Source: a virus
Lineage: Duplodnaviria; Caudoviricetes
Length of the DNA stretch: 64,000 nt
Strand: one strand, 5' to 3'
IMG/VR virus record: IMGVR_UViG_3300037692_000137
Span: 1 to 64,000 of that record
Below, piece by piece: positions 8,867-17,855 of the stretch. The translations under genes were made by a program, and so were the position numbers. The number at the start of each line of letters is the position of its first letter. Within the stretch, counting starts at the first letter, position 1. A model generated the notes under the pieces. That model was not told the DNA's origin, did no database searches, and saw nothing but the letters and a program-made list of their open reading frames with translations.

Positions 8867-9064
8867 ATGTCCAGCAAAAAGCTTAATGTGGTTGTGTACA
8901 CACTACTATACGGTGACTTACATGAGGCACCACTCAGTGTACTTGGTGAACACTGTCCAAGCGACGAAGTATACCGATCTTTAGATGAGGAGCAGAAGCT
9001 ACGACTACATGCCGCGGCGACGCTACAAAAACGTTTTGATGAAGTAATAACAAAAAATTATTAA
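8867..9064 (+). CDS. hypothetical protein
   Basis: 65 aa ORF in a co-oriented run. Confidence 0.55.
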   Translation: MSSKKLNVVVYTLLYGDLHEAPLSVLGEHCPSDEVYRSLDEEQKLRLHAAATLQKRFDEVITKNY

Positions 9065-9084
9065 AATAGGAAAGAAACATTAAT

Positions 9085-9243
9085 ATGAGGCCAAGAAAAG
9101 GAAGCCCGGCTGAAAAGTTAGGTATAAAATTTACTGGTAATCCAGATGCATTAGATCGGCCGAAGAGAAGGGTTACATATGACATACTTGAAAGGCCCGG
9201 AAAATATATTGTAGGACCGTTGTCCGATAAAGGAGATAAGTAG
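9085..9243 (+). CDS. small hypothetical protein
   Basis: Own translation, 52 aa (MRPRKGSPAEKLG...), filling the gap, with an upstream AGGAAAG. Confidence 0.5.
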   Translation: MRPRKGSPAEKLGIKFTGNPDALDRPKRRVTYDILERPGKYIVGPLSDKGDK

Positions 9244-9245
9244 CC

Positions 9246-9458
9246 ATGCCAATTTATGAGTACCTATGTGAATCTTGTGGCAAAAGATTCGAAGCAACAA
9301 GAAGTATTAAAGAGTCCAGTACTATGATAGGTTGTCCTAGCTGTGATGGTATAGGTAAAAAGATACCTTCTTTATCAACGTTTCACCTTAAGGGTGGAGG
9401 CTGGTATAAGGATTCTTATTCTGGGAAGAGTTGTAGTCTTGATAAAAAGAAAGGGTGA
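9246..9458 (+). CDS. FmdB-family zinc-ribbon putative regulator
   Basis: MPIYEYLCESCG...CPSC...STFHLKGGGWY..Y signature. Confidence 0.85.
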   Translation: MPIYEYLCESCGKRFEATRSIKESSTMIGCPSCDGIGKKIPSLSTFHLKGGGWYKDSYSGKSCSLDKKKG

Positions 9459-9499
9459 GGTTAATTTCTATTCAAGAGTTGCTTGAAAGGAGGCGGTGT

Positions 9500-9628
9500 A
9501 TGTGTACAGTAATAGTAGCTTGGATCAATGCCAAGTACAACGCAGGTTACAACTATTTGTTTATTGGTACGGTGATTATAGATATCAGTATATCTCAAGT
9601 CATCATAGCCGTTTTAGATAATCTATAA
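9500..9628 (+). CDS. small hydrophobic protein
   Basis: Own translation, 42 aa, with a strong AAAGGAGG RBS. Confidence 0.45.
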   Translation: MCTVIVAWINAKYNAGYNYLFIGTVIIDISISQVIIAVLDNL

Positions 9629-9663
9629 GAATTAAAAGTATTATACCCTCATTTTATAAAGAG

Positions 9664-9693
9664 TAACTAGGGGGGCCGCAAACTCCCTAGTTA
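9664..9693. terminator. hairpin at the convergence of the + and - transcription units
   Basis: TAACTAGGGGG pairs with CTCCCTAGTTA between convergent genes. Confidence 0.6.
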
Positions 9694-9701
9694 TCCATCC
9701 T

Positions 9702-9890
9702 CTAATTAGCTAGTAGCCTAGCTTTCTTATGTCTACAATTCTTCTTTACGTAATCAATAGAACACAATTGATACAAAGAACACTCTGTTGACTGTGTGTC
9801 CAACCGGTTTTCACAGTTCTGGCAAACTTCTTCCCGGATTTTCCGCAGGTCATCCACTAGCTTACTAGAGCCTCTGAAGCTTGTGGCCAA
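9702..9890 (-). CDS. small Cys-rich hypothetical protein
   Basis: CQNC...C.LYQLC...C. The true start is probably the internal GTG (VDDLRK). Confidence 0.5.
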   Translation of the reverse strand: MATSFRGSSKLVDDLRKIREEVCQNCENRLDTQSTECSLYQLCSIDYVKKNCRHKKARLLAN

Positions 9891-10122
9891 TTCCTACCAC
9901 ACTCAATCCTAGTCCCGCATCCATCACCGCCTTGGCTGCCGTATGGCTACCCATCAAGTCAACTACTACACTTCCGATAATCAAGAAACCGCCTGTTATT
10001 GTTTTCCAGTTTGTTCCAAGTAGTTTTTCCAACCAAGTTGTTACATTCACTTTAACTTCATTTAGGTCATTAAGTACCATAATACTTGTACCTCCATAGT
10101 AATTAGTATTAGTTGTAATCAT
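9865..10122 (-). CDS. holin-like small membrane protein
   Basis: NWKTITGG motif followed by two hydrophobic segments, at the end of the late module. The likely start is MVLND after GGAGG. Confidence 0.5.
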   Translation of the reverse strand: MITTNTNYYGGTSIMVLNDLNEVKVNVTTWLEKLLGTNWKTITGGFLIIGSVVVDLMGSHTAAKAVMDAGLGLSVVGIGHKLQRL

Positions 10123-10219
10123 TAGTTGTACTACCTTTTACATATTACATATTTTTTTATTTGCCCGCCGCCGCCTCTAATGAACCGGCCTAAATAAGTG
10201 TCATGGGGATCGCCCGTAT

Positions 10220-10972
10220 TTACGATATACAACTTAAAATGTTCGGTGTTCCTTCTGTTATTTCTATTGTATGTTCAAAGTGGGCAGAGTAGTTTCCTGA
10301 AGTGGCAGATATTGTCCAGCCATTAGCCTCTCTAAATACCCTACAATCAGGACCTTCTATGAGCATAGGTTCTATGGCTAGCACCATACCTGCTTTTAGT
10401 ATAGCACCTTTATTGCTTTTTCCATAATTTGGAATCTGTGGGCGTTCATGAAGCTCTTTACCTACTGCGTGGCCAACGAATTCACGCACCACTGAGTAGC
10501 CTTTACTTTCAGCATGCGTTTGTATGGCATTCGATATATCTCCTACACGATTACCAGCTAGTGCTTTTTCAATCCCTTTGTATAGGCATTCTTTGGTTGT
10601 GTCTATTAACCGTTGATTTTGTTTTGTTACAGCACCAACAGGCAGTGTAACTGCAGCATCACCATAAAAGTAGTCTTTAAGTATACCAAAATCTACACTA
10701 AGTATGTCACCGTCTTTAAGTATGTTCTTAGACGGAAAACCGTGCACCACATGGTTATTGACAGAGGCACAAATGGCGTATGGGTAGCCTTTGTAGTTTT
10801 TAAATCCGGCAAGGGCGTTACTGGTAGTAGCTAGCTCATTAGCCACCTGCTCTAAATAATCTGTTGTTATACCAGGAACCACCAAAGTTTTTAAATTACT
10901 TAGGAAATTGGCTACTATTTTACAACTAATTTTTATTTTCTCTATTTGTGTAGGTGTTTTTAATATTATCAT
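10220..10972 (-). CDS. map: type I methionine aminopeptidase
   Basis: Motifs CASVN..VVHGFP, GDILSVDFG, GDAAVT, GHAVG..LHE, AIEPML and SAHFEHT. Confidence 0.95.
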   Translation of the reverse strand: MIILKTPTQIEKIKISCKIVANFLSNLKTLVVPGITTDYLEQVANELATTSNALAGFKNYKGYPYAICASVNNHVVHGFPSKNILKDGDILSVDFGILKDYFYGDAAVTLPVGAVTKQNQRLIDTTKECLYKGIEKALAGNRVGDISNAIQTHAESKGYSVVREFVGHAVGKELHERPQIPNYGKSNKGAILKAGMVLAIEPMLIEGPDCRVFREANGWTISATSGNYSAHFEHTIEITEGTPNILSCIS

Positions 10973-11184
10973 AACGTATCAGTAACTTCAACTAATCTCG
11001 GTATAGCAGAAAGTAACACGCTAGAACCTATATAAAGTACGCCATCGATAGTACTTGAATACATCGACTCGCCCAAACCTAGCTGAGTACCAACTGTGCT
11101 GTTAAGTTCCTCGTTGGATAACTCACCCTCATAACTATACACATAGGGGATACCCCCAAAATAATCTTGCTTAATTGTTGCCAT
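10969..11184 (-). CDS. hypothetical protein (late module)
   Basis: ORF with AGGAG RBS and an ATGA overlap with map. Confidence 0.65.
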   Translation of the reverse strand: MATIKQDYFGGIPYVYSYEGELSNEELNSTVGTQLGLGESMYSSTIDGVLYIGSSVLLSAIPRLVEVTDTL

Positions 11185-11204
11185 CTTTATTTCTCCTTTG
11201 TTAA

Positions 11205-11786
11205 TTAACTCCAGTATTGCACTACAGCAGTAGTTGCACCATCATTAGGAAAGGTGTATATTAAAGTAGCCGAGATGGGTTGAATATCTACTTCTTTTGC
11301 TACACTACCACACTCAAATGTTGGATAAACTGCTAGATTACTTTCTATCGGTACCCCTACAAGAGCAACGGCTCTATTGTAAAGTAGTACACCAGCACCT
11401 TCCTCATTGTAGTAAGATACTTCTGACTCAGCGGTGATAGAACAAGTAAGGTAGTCTGTAGGTGTCATAGTTTCTGCACATGCGACTCTTTCTGTTTTAG
11501 CATTAGTACTGGGTAAACTAATAGACTTAATTTCTACACCATTCTTATATAAGACTGCTGTTATTGTTGAAGTAGACGTTTCGCCCACAACAAGCATAAC
11601 ATCTATGATATCGATATCATCTGCGGGGTACCATTGTGAAGTACCAACTAAAGATTGGAGGTCTCCAGGCTGACTCACAATCGCTTGGAGTACAGGTCTT
11701 CCAAATGACACTGCATCCTCGTCCTCCACCGCTTTAATGTTAGCAGTCAATACTTGACTATTAAATAATGAGGAATAGCTAACCAT
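11205..11786 (-). CDS. putative virion structural protein
   Basis: Beta-rich, Ser/Thr/Val-rich composition, in the late module, with an AGGAG RBS. Confidence 0.5.
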   Translation of the reverse strand: MVSYSSLFNSQVLTANIKAVEDEDAVSFGRPVLQAIVSQPGDLQSLVGTSQWYPADDIDIIDVMLVVGETSTSTITAVLYKNGVEIKSISLPSTNAKTERVACAETMTPTDYLTCSITAESEVSYYNEEGAGVLLYNRAVALVGVPIESNLAVYPTFECGSVAKEVDIQPISATLIYTFPNDGATTAVVQYWS

Positions 11787-11833
11787 CAGACTTGTCTCCT
11801 TAAGTATATTTTAACTAAAAGTAATAAAACAAA

Positions 11834-11852
11834 GGGGGCAAAGCGCCCCCTC
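11834..11852 (-). terminator. intrinsic terminator
   Basis: AGGGGGC/GCCCCCT stem with a T-rich tail on the - strand, after the 11869 gene. Confidence 0.6.
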
Positions 11853-11868
11853 TTATTTTACTATTTAC

Positions 11869-13131
11869 TTATTCTACAATTCGCCAACCATAGGTGTCAT
11901 TATAGTAAACCAACTCAAACGAAGCATTGTCAACATCTATTAATAGATCTTGAGCAAGGCCCATAATCGGTTTACCATTCCTATCGATTGTTACATTAAC
12001 GGTACTACAGTTTCCGCCGCCGTCAAAAATAGATACGGTTTCTCCAAATACTGGGGAGGCGGGTAGTTTAATAGCATAAGCAGCAACCGCTTGGGTATTT
12101 ACAACAATTCTATCATACGGTAATGCTGTATAATTAGCCAGCTTTTCAACCCAAACTTTAAGTCCACCTGTAGCCGCATAAGTTGAATTCCACTCTACAT
12201 TGACCCAATCATCTGAGTAAGTATCAAAAGTAAAAGTAACTTGTAGTACACCAGCAGTTACAGCAGCTGTGTAGTAATCTACTGAGTCTTTACTCTTAAC
12301 ACCATTGTAGTAAACTTCAATATCGGCCGGAACGGTAGCAAAGTCACCGTCATATTCCCACACACCGCTGTTATAAGTCATATCAACATCGGCATGCTGA
12401 ATACTGGCAGCACCGCTGATTGTAACTATTTTACCGACACTATCAACTGTAACGTTAAGACCACCAGCCGCTTGGAAAGTTAAAGTATCACCAGAACTTT
12501 CAGCTTCAGCAATGTTAACACCATCAGTCATGTAAAGAAAAGACTTACCACCACCAGAAACTGTGGTATCAATCTTGTCTGATAAAAATTCACCTGTGTA
12601 CTTGTAAATCTCGCCCCAAAGAGGTCCTGTATAACCTAAACCGGTAGGGTCTGCATCAAAATATACTGTACCAGCTGAAGCATCGTATTCCCAGTTAAAA
12701 GCTGTCTCTGAAGCTAAAATCTCAGAAGAGTAATTAGGCCCTGTACCAGCCCCGTTATCAGCGAATACACGGAGTTTATACTGAGTTTCCGCATAACGCA
12801 TCCACATATCTATACGGATGGCACCTCTTGCTGAGTGGCCTGTTTCAATACAGTCACTTTCGTAACCTACCCAAGCCTTATTACCATTTACAGTAGGATC
12901 TGCTGTAAGTTTTATTGTGTGTTTCTCAACTAAACCAGCTGCGATACCATCGGCCACCAAAGGTCCATAAGTGGCAACAACATCTATAGCTGGAATCTGA
13001 TTAGCGAGTATCTGATGAGGGTTCTTTAAAGCAAATGATTCGTTAGACGCACCTTTGGCGGTTGACGTGAACCCTACATTACTCAGATGCTTGCTTTGAA
13101 TACTTTCTCTATAAGTATCTGAAAAAGCCAT
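11869..13131 (-). CDS. putative virion or tail protein
   Basis: The C-terminal module (IKLPASP..GE.V.I.D......NVTIDRNG..IMG...DL.ID......LVY....GWR) resembles those of phage structural and fibre proteins. Confidence 0.6.
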   Translation of the reverse strand: MAFSDTYRESIQSKHLSNVGFTSTAKGASNESFALKNPHQILANQIPAIDVVATYGPLVADGIAAGLVEKHTIKLTADPTVNGNKAWVGYESDCIETGHSARGAIRIDMWMRYAETQYKLRVFADNGAGTGPNYSSEILASETAFNWEYDASAGTVYFDADPTGLGYTGPLWGEIYKYTGEFLSDKIDTTVSGGGKSFLYMTDGVNIAEAESSGDTLTFQAAGGLNVTVDSVGKIVTISGAASIQHADVDMTYNSGVWEYDGDFATVPADIEVYYNGVKSKDSVDYYTAAVTAGVLQVTFTFDTYSDDWVNVEWNSTYAATGGLKVWVEKLANYTALPYDRIVVNTQAVAAYAIKLPASPVFGETVSIFDGGGNCSTVNVTIDRNGKPIMGLAQDLLIDVDNASFELVYYNDTYGWRIVE

Positions 13132-13143
13132 AATTAATCTCCT

Positions 13144-15135
13144 TTATAATGTAGGATTAAAAGTAATCTGAGTCAATGCCGCAGGATTGCCGTTAGCAAA
13201 TTTAATACGCATAACGATCCTATTACCATAACTAGAAGAGCTGGTGGTACCAAAACTAAAGGCCACTGTGCTTCCAGAAGAGCCCGCACCTAAACAGCCA
13301 TTACCAGCGTATGTCTGCTGATCAATAGCTAAGTCCTGCCAAACACTAGTATTTCCATTACCGTAGTCTGTACAATTAGGCAGCCGCAACTGAACTTCAA
13401 CATCGGCGCCCTGAATTGTTGTTAACGCGTTAGCCCAACCAGCGAATGTAATTGTACCTTGATTAAAAGCACCAGTAGAAATAAAAACTCTGTAGTAATA
13501 ACAATCCCCAGCCACAGCTGAATAGTTAGGACCAGCCGGTAAGAATAGTGAGTGGTTTATAGATGGGTAATCTAATGTACCATTGTAAGTCTCTAAATGA
13601 CCACCAGCACTTATATCGGTAGCCTCTACCCAAGCACTATCTGTTGCCGGAGTGTCTCCCAAGGTTATGTCAGTAAAGTCCTCTGTACCAAGGAATCGTT
13701 TATCTTCGTCATCAAAGTACTCGATAGTATTTGTGCTTGTAGTACCGTAGGTGTCAATTCTAAATGTACCAGCAGCAGAACTAGCTGAGGTAGCACTAGT
13801 AAACACGTTCCAATAAGTAGCAGTAGCACGTGCATCTAAATCTCTAAAATTACCTGCGCCTACTGTTATTGATGAGTTATAGGTTCCTATTGTGTCTGTT
13901 ATAGCCAAAGGTTCCGTTAAGCTCAAATTGGTAAGTGTAGGTGTCTGACTTGACGCATTAAACTCACTCAGATTAAGTCTAAGGGGGCTTGTAACATACC
14001 CTCTGTCAAATAAATCTTCAGAGTCTGTAACACTGATATTAAACGTAGATCCTGTGTTGTAATAAGGCACACCACTTAAATACTTATTTGATGGTGTATT
14101 TGCTGTTACTGTTGGTGCTGGCGCTGCTATAACTTGGTCAGTTGTATCAACCCAAAAACTGGCGTAAGTATATGAGGCCGTACCACCTACAGTGTGTTGA
14201 ACTATTATTTGTCCTACATAACCAACGGCCAACGTAAGTGTAGCACTCATGCTAGCCATCTGGTAAGGCGGCCAAAAACTAGAATAGCCATCTACAGTGG
14301 TGTTCATACAACGTCTATTTGTAAGGTTAATTATATTTGTGCCAACATTTGTAGCTGTGTGATTAGGGTTCGATCCCACATCTGCTTCAGTTTCTTCTAA
14401 AACACAACCGTCTGCCACGAAAGCAGCAGCAAGATCCAACGTACCAACAACAGCGCCATCTTTAACTATTTGAAGTGTACCAGTATCGGCAGGGTAAAAT
14501 CCTCCGGCTATACTAATAACCATGGTGTTATCATCAGTAAATCTTACTGTAGTTCCAGCTGTTACTGTAGCTGTATTATCAGTATACTCATCACTAGGAG
14601 CGCCGCTACTAACTTTCGCTGTTTGATCTATATCAGCTATAGCAAAAGCCACTGTACCGGGCCTTGTTGTATACTGTGAGGTCTCTCCAACATAATTAGG
14701 TCTCTTGGGAATTAAAAAAGACATATTCCGAAGGTCTGTGTTAGGAGTGTCATTCCAATTATCTTCGCCAACAACTAAATTCATCATTCTACGAAGGTAA
14801 TTCAAGTCATCCTCTAAGTTTTCATGGTTGTGTCTTCTACCGGAAACACCGGCAACTGTAGCACTTGGGGTTGGGCTTACTGTAGCGTTGGTACCAGATA
14901 CCGCAGTAATCTCATAAACACCGGCGGCATCGCCGGAGTCAATAACCAAGTAGTTACCTACCTCATTTCCTGTAAAAGAAGATACATCCGCAATTGTAGG
15001 CGAACCTGATGTAACCGTAAAGGTAGCTGATGCATAGTCACGGCCGCAACTTTCAGCGTACTGCTGAAGCATTGCGTCGTGAAATGTACGAGTACCTCTA
15101 ATTTTGTCAAACTGTTCCATTAGGCTGCGTGACAT
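13144..15135 (-). CDS. putative virion structural protein
   Basis: 663 aa, Thr/Ser/Gly/Ala-rich and beta-type, downstream of a putative late promoter motif. Confidence 0.6.
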   Translation of the reverse strand: MSRSLMEQFDKIRGTRTFHDAMLQQYAESCGRDYASATFTVTSGSPTIADVSSFTGNEVGNYLVIDSGDAAGVYEITAVSGTNATVSPTPSATVAGVSGRRHNHENLEDDLNYLRRMMNLVVGEDNWNDTPNTDLRNMSFLIPKRPNYVGETSQYTTRPGTVAFAIADIDQTAKVSSGAPSDEYTDNTATVTAGTTVRFTDDNTMVISIAGGFYPADTGTLQIVKDGAVVGTLDLAAAFVADGCVLEETEADVGSNPNHTATNVGTNIINLTNRRCMNTTVDGYSSFWPPYQMASMSATLTLAVGYVGQIIVQHTVGGTASYTYASFWVDTTDQVIAAPAPTVTANTPSNKYLSGVPYYNTGSTFNISVTDSEDLFDRGYVTSPLRLNLSEFNASSQTPTLTNLSLTEPLAITDTIGTYNSSITVGAGNFRDLDARATATYWNVFTSATSASSAAGTFRIDTYGTTSTNTIEYFDDEDKRFLGTEDFTDITLGDTPATDSAWVEATDISAGGHLETYNGTLDYPSINHSLFLPAGPNYSAVAGDCYYYRVFISTGAFNQGTITFAGWANALTTIQGADVEVQLRLPNCTDYGNGNTSVWQDLAIDQQTYAGNGCLGAGSSGSTVAFSFGTTSSSSYGNRIVMRIKFANGNPAALTQITFNPTL

Positions 15136-15258
15136 TATTAATCTCCTTTATTAAATTATTAACACGTTAAAAAACTAAAAGCTTGTAGCTAGAAAAACTT
15201 TAACTCCATGACATCGTGCCCGGATGTCGATAAATAGAACTAAACTTAATTCTATCAC

Positions 15259-15287
15259 TCTATATATATAGATAGGATAGTTAATTA
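15259..15287 (-). promoter_or_regulatory. putative phage late promoter motif
   Basis: TAATTAACTATCCTAT occurs exactly here (15272-15287) and at 51230-51245, with a degenerate copy at 44803-44822. Confidence 0.45.
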
Positions 15288-15293
15288 TGCAAT

Positions 15294-15330
15294 AAAAAAC
15301 CCCACTTAATAGTTAATTAAGTAGGGTTTT
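15294..15330 (-). terminator. intrinsic terminator
   Basis: On the - strand, AAAACCCTACTTAAT pairs with ATTAAGTGGGGTTTT and is followed by TTATT. Confidence 0.7.
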
Positions 15331-15333
15331 AAT

Positions 15334-15732
15334 CTAGGCTCTTGTAAGAATACAGCCTGTATCATCTATCCTAAAGGACTCAAAGTAAACTTTACCTGAT
15401 TTTACTAAGTTCCTTACATTTTTTTGTGCTCTACTCAATTTAGATTTACCTGTTTTTATTTCAATAAAAATAATTTCATTATCGTTAATAAGTAAACCGT
15501 CTATCTCTCTTCCGATAAAAATAAAATTTTCTGCCGCATAGGGCCAGGCGTTCGTAAAAGGGGCTAGGTTTTCACCTATTTTTCCCAGGCGCACTTCAGA
15601 GCTTTTCTTTTGACTTAACACAACATCATACTTATTACGCCAATCCTTAGTTTCTTTTTTAGCAACCAAATACTTTTTTAGACACAGCACCATTGCAACT
15701 GTACATATAACAATTATAAGTATGTCTGGCAT
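15334..15732 (-). CDS. Holliday-junction-resolvase-like PD-(D/E)xK endonuclease with an N-terminal TM anchor
   Basis: KSSEVRLGKIGENLAPF...IG..IDG......IIFIEIKTGKSKLS..Q, resembling the Endonuc_Holl family. Confidence 0.75.
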   Translation of the reverse strand: MPDILIIVICTVAMVLCLKKYLVAKKETKDWRNKYDVVLSQKKSSEVRLGKIGENLAPFTNAWPYAAENFIFIGREIDGLLINDNEIIFIEIKTGKSKLSRAQKNVRNLVKSGKVYFESFRIDDTGCILTRA

Positions 15733-15733
15733 A

Positions 15734-16480
15734 TTAATCCTTAATATCCTCTGCAGGGGGTTTATAGTCTACGCGCTTTTGGTATACTCCTTCAAGTTCC
15801 CGTGCTAAAGCTTCCCTTATTTTCTTTAAATTCCCCAATTTTGTATTTACATTATCTAGTTGACTTCTATCCAACAAGCCATTTATAGTTTGTTCCAACA
15901 CAACGGCGGGCTCAAAATGCCCTGACTGGACCAGAGACCTACTGGTAGCTTCTACCCTGTCACATATAAGTAGTACGGCCGCCTCTATGGACTTAGGTTT
16001 ACTACATGGATACCTAAAATCATTTGGATCAGCATCTTTACCTGCCCTATCATAAAAGTAAGTAGCCACGTCATTGCCATGATGTTGACTTATAACCTCT
16101 ATGATACTCCTTGTGAACTTTGGATCTCCTATAAGTATGTTTACTGAGTCCGCAACATGCCTTGTTATAATCTGTGTACTTATCCATGGGTCTAAGCTAT
16201 CATGGGGATTCTCATTATCCAACTGATTTTCTGAGAACATTGTTGGATTAACGCATTTACCTATATCGTGATAAACAGCACATACCTTCATAAATTGTAT
16301 GTCTAATCCTAATTCAGCACTTACTGCTTCTACCATAGAAGCCACTGCTTGACTGTGCTTAAAAGTACCGGGGCACTTAGTCTTAAACCACTTGGCTAGT
16401 GGATAGGAAGAATCTAGTAGTTCAGCTAGCTCAGTTTCTTGACTTGGGATAGCTATGTTATTACTACTTTCGTCGTTCAT
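15734..16480 (-). CDS. stand-alone HD (HDIG) phosphohydrolase, similar to the PgpH/7TM-HD catalytic domain
   Basis: Motifs PGTF.HS, YHDIGK..NP.MF.ENQ, HV, QHHG, FRYP..KP.S.EAA...ICD.VEA.SRSL. Confidence 0.85.
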   Translation of the reverse strand: MNDESSNNIAIPSQETELAELLDSSYPLAKWFKTKCPGTFKHSQAVASMVEAVSAELGLDIQFMKVCAVYHDIGKCVNPTMFSENQLDNENPHDSLDPWISTQIITRHVADSVNILIGDPKFTRSIIEVISQHHGNDVATYFYDRAGKDADPNDFRYPCSKPKSIEAAVLLICDRVEATSRSLVQSGHFEPAVVLEQTINGLLDRSQLDNVNTKLGNLKKIREALARELEGVYQKRVDYKPPAEDIKD

Positions 16481-16482
16481 TA

Positions 16483-16797
16483 TTAAACTCCTTGAATGTC
16501 ATTACCAAAAAGTTGCTTTCTAGCGTCTACTTTAGACAGGCGTAGCTTCTCAACACTATCAATTTTATTTTGATCTATCGTACCGTCTCCAAAGGCCATA
16601 CCTTCAGGGTCATCCCTATAATCCCAAATACCTCCTAAAGTCACCTCGCCAGTTTTATCATTGATAATAACTTCTAATGCTAAACCTAAGGGATGGAAGA
16701 ATAATCTATTGGCTTCTTGTAAAAACCCCAACTCTCTAAATTCTTTTATACTAATACGTTTAATTTCCATAATGTATCTCCAATATTTTATACACAA
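16483..16797 (-). CDS. hypothetical protein
   Basis: ORF in a co-oriented run; the likely start is MEIKRI. Confidence 0.7.
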   Translation of the reverse strand: MCIKYWRYIMEIKRISIKEFRELGFLQEANRLFFHPLGLALEVIINDKTGEVTLGGIWDYRDDPEGMAFGDGTIDQNKIDSVEKLRLSKVDARKQLFGNDIQGV

Positions 16798-16848
16798 AGT
16801 CAGTGTAAGTCTTTATTAAAATTGTTTCTAGTAAAAATTTATTTTACA

Positions 16849-16971
16849 TCAGGGCACGCTAATAATTAAACATCCTAGTACAGTTATCCCCGTACCAATA
16901 AAAACACGGTTGCTTATTATTAGCACTTGACCCACTAAAATAAGTAATAGGCCAATTTTTATTTTTAGCAT
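16849..16971 (-). CDS. small membrane protein
   Basis: Own translation, 40 aa, with two hydrophobic segments. Confidence 0.4.
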   Translation of the reverse strand: MLKIKIGLLLILVGQVLIISNRVFIGTGITVLGCLIISVP

Positions 16972-16977
16972 TTAACC

Positions 16978-17358
16978 CTATTTTTTATAATTACCTTTAC
17001 CTGGTATTACATTTCTAACCCCACCGATTGGGTCGTCTACATCACCTGCCCGGCGTGGTATCAGGTGGCAGTGCGCGTGCATTATCGTCTGGCCGGCAGA
17101 CTCACCACAATTCCAGCCAACATTAAACCCTGTTATAGTAGGGTCTTCACGTAGCATGTCATCTTTTAATATAGTACAGACACTGTATATGTCATCCAAC
17201 TCTTCACGACTTAAATCCCAATAAGTTTTTTTATGTGTAAAAGGGATGATTAGTTTATGTCCTTTTGTTACGGCATAAGCATCGTCTATGGCGTAGGCTG
17301 TTATTAATTCAAAGACAACTCTTCCTTCAAAAAACTTCTGGTCACAAAATAAACACAT
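16978..17358 (-). CDS. HIT-family hydrolase
   Basis: C.FC, GH.LIIP, GFNVGWNCGESAGQTIMHAHCHLIPR (HxHxH triad). Confidence 0.93.
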   Translation of the reverse strand: MCLFCDQKFFEGRVVFELITAYAIDDAYAVTKGHKLIIPFTHKKTYWDLSREELDDIYSVCTILKDDMLREDPTITGFNVGWNCGESAGQTIMHAHCHLIPRRAGDVDDPIGGVRNVIPGKGNYKK

Positions 17359-17360
17359 AA

Positions 17361-17855
17361 TTAAACCTCCAAACTTTTTATGGGTTCCCCTAAGGTTACC
17401 TCTTCATACAAATTACTCAAAATCTTTCTAGGTATTTTATAACCCAGCGTTATGTAGCCATCATTGGGGACCTCTATTAAAGGGGTCTCCCTTTCTGCTG
17501 TGTAGTCCTCTACAAGAACTATGAGGGCCTGTAAATTTTTAAAAACAAACAATTTTCTATCATTAATAAAGAAGTATATAAATATTCTACTCCCCTTTTC
17601 CCAAGCCTGCCATGGTCCTCCCGGAGAACGGTCATAGTACTTACTGTATCTCTCTATAAAAAAATTGGGTGTTTTATTTATACTATACGTATCTGTCTTA
17701 ACCTCAGTTGGGGTATTACTCTTTTTATATATAAAGTCTGAAGCGTAGCTTTTAACAAACCAATCAAAGTCATTTGGGTAGGTGTCTTTAATAAGTTGCT
17801 CACCTTTATTACCAACCGCTAGTTGTTTATTCCATTGATACATTTTATCCTCCAA
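17361..17855 (-). CDS. PD-(D/E)xK nuclease-like protein
   Basis: G..GE, SDF and EVKTD...NFFIE motifs; overlaps the dam gene end. Confidence 0.55.
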   Translation of the reverse strand: MEDKMYQWNKQLAVGNKGEQLIKDTYPNDFDWFVKSYASDFIYKKSNTPTEVKTDTYSINKTPNFFIERYSKYYDRSPGGPWQAWEKGSRIFIYFFINDRKLFVFKNLQALIVLVEDYTAERETPLIEVPNDGYITLGYKIPRKILSNLYEEVTLGEPIKSLEV

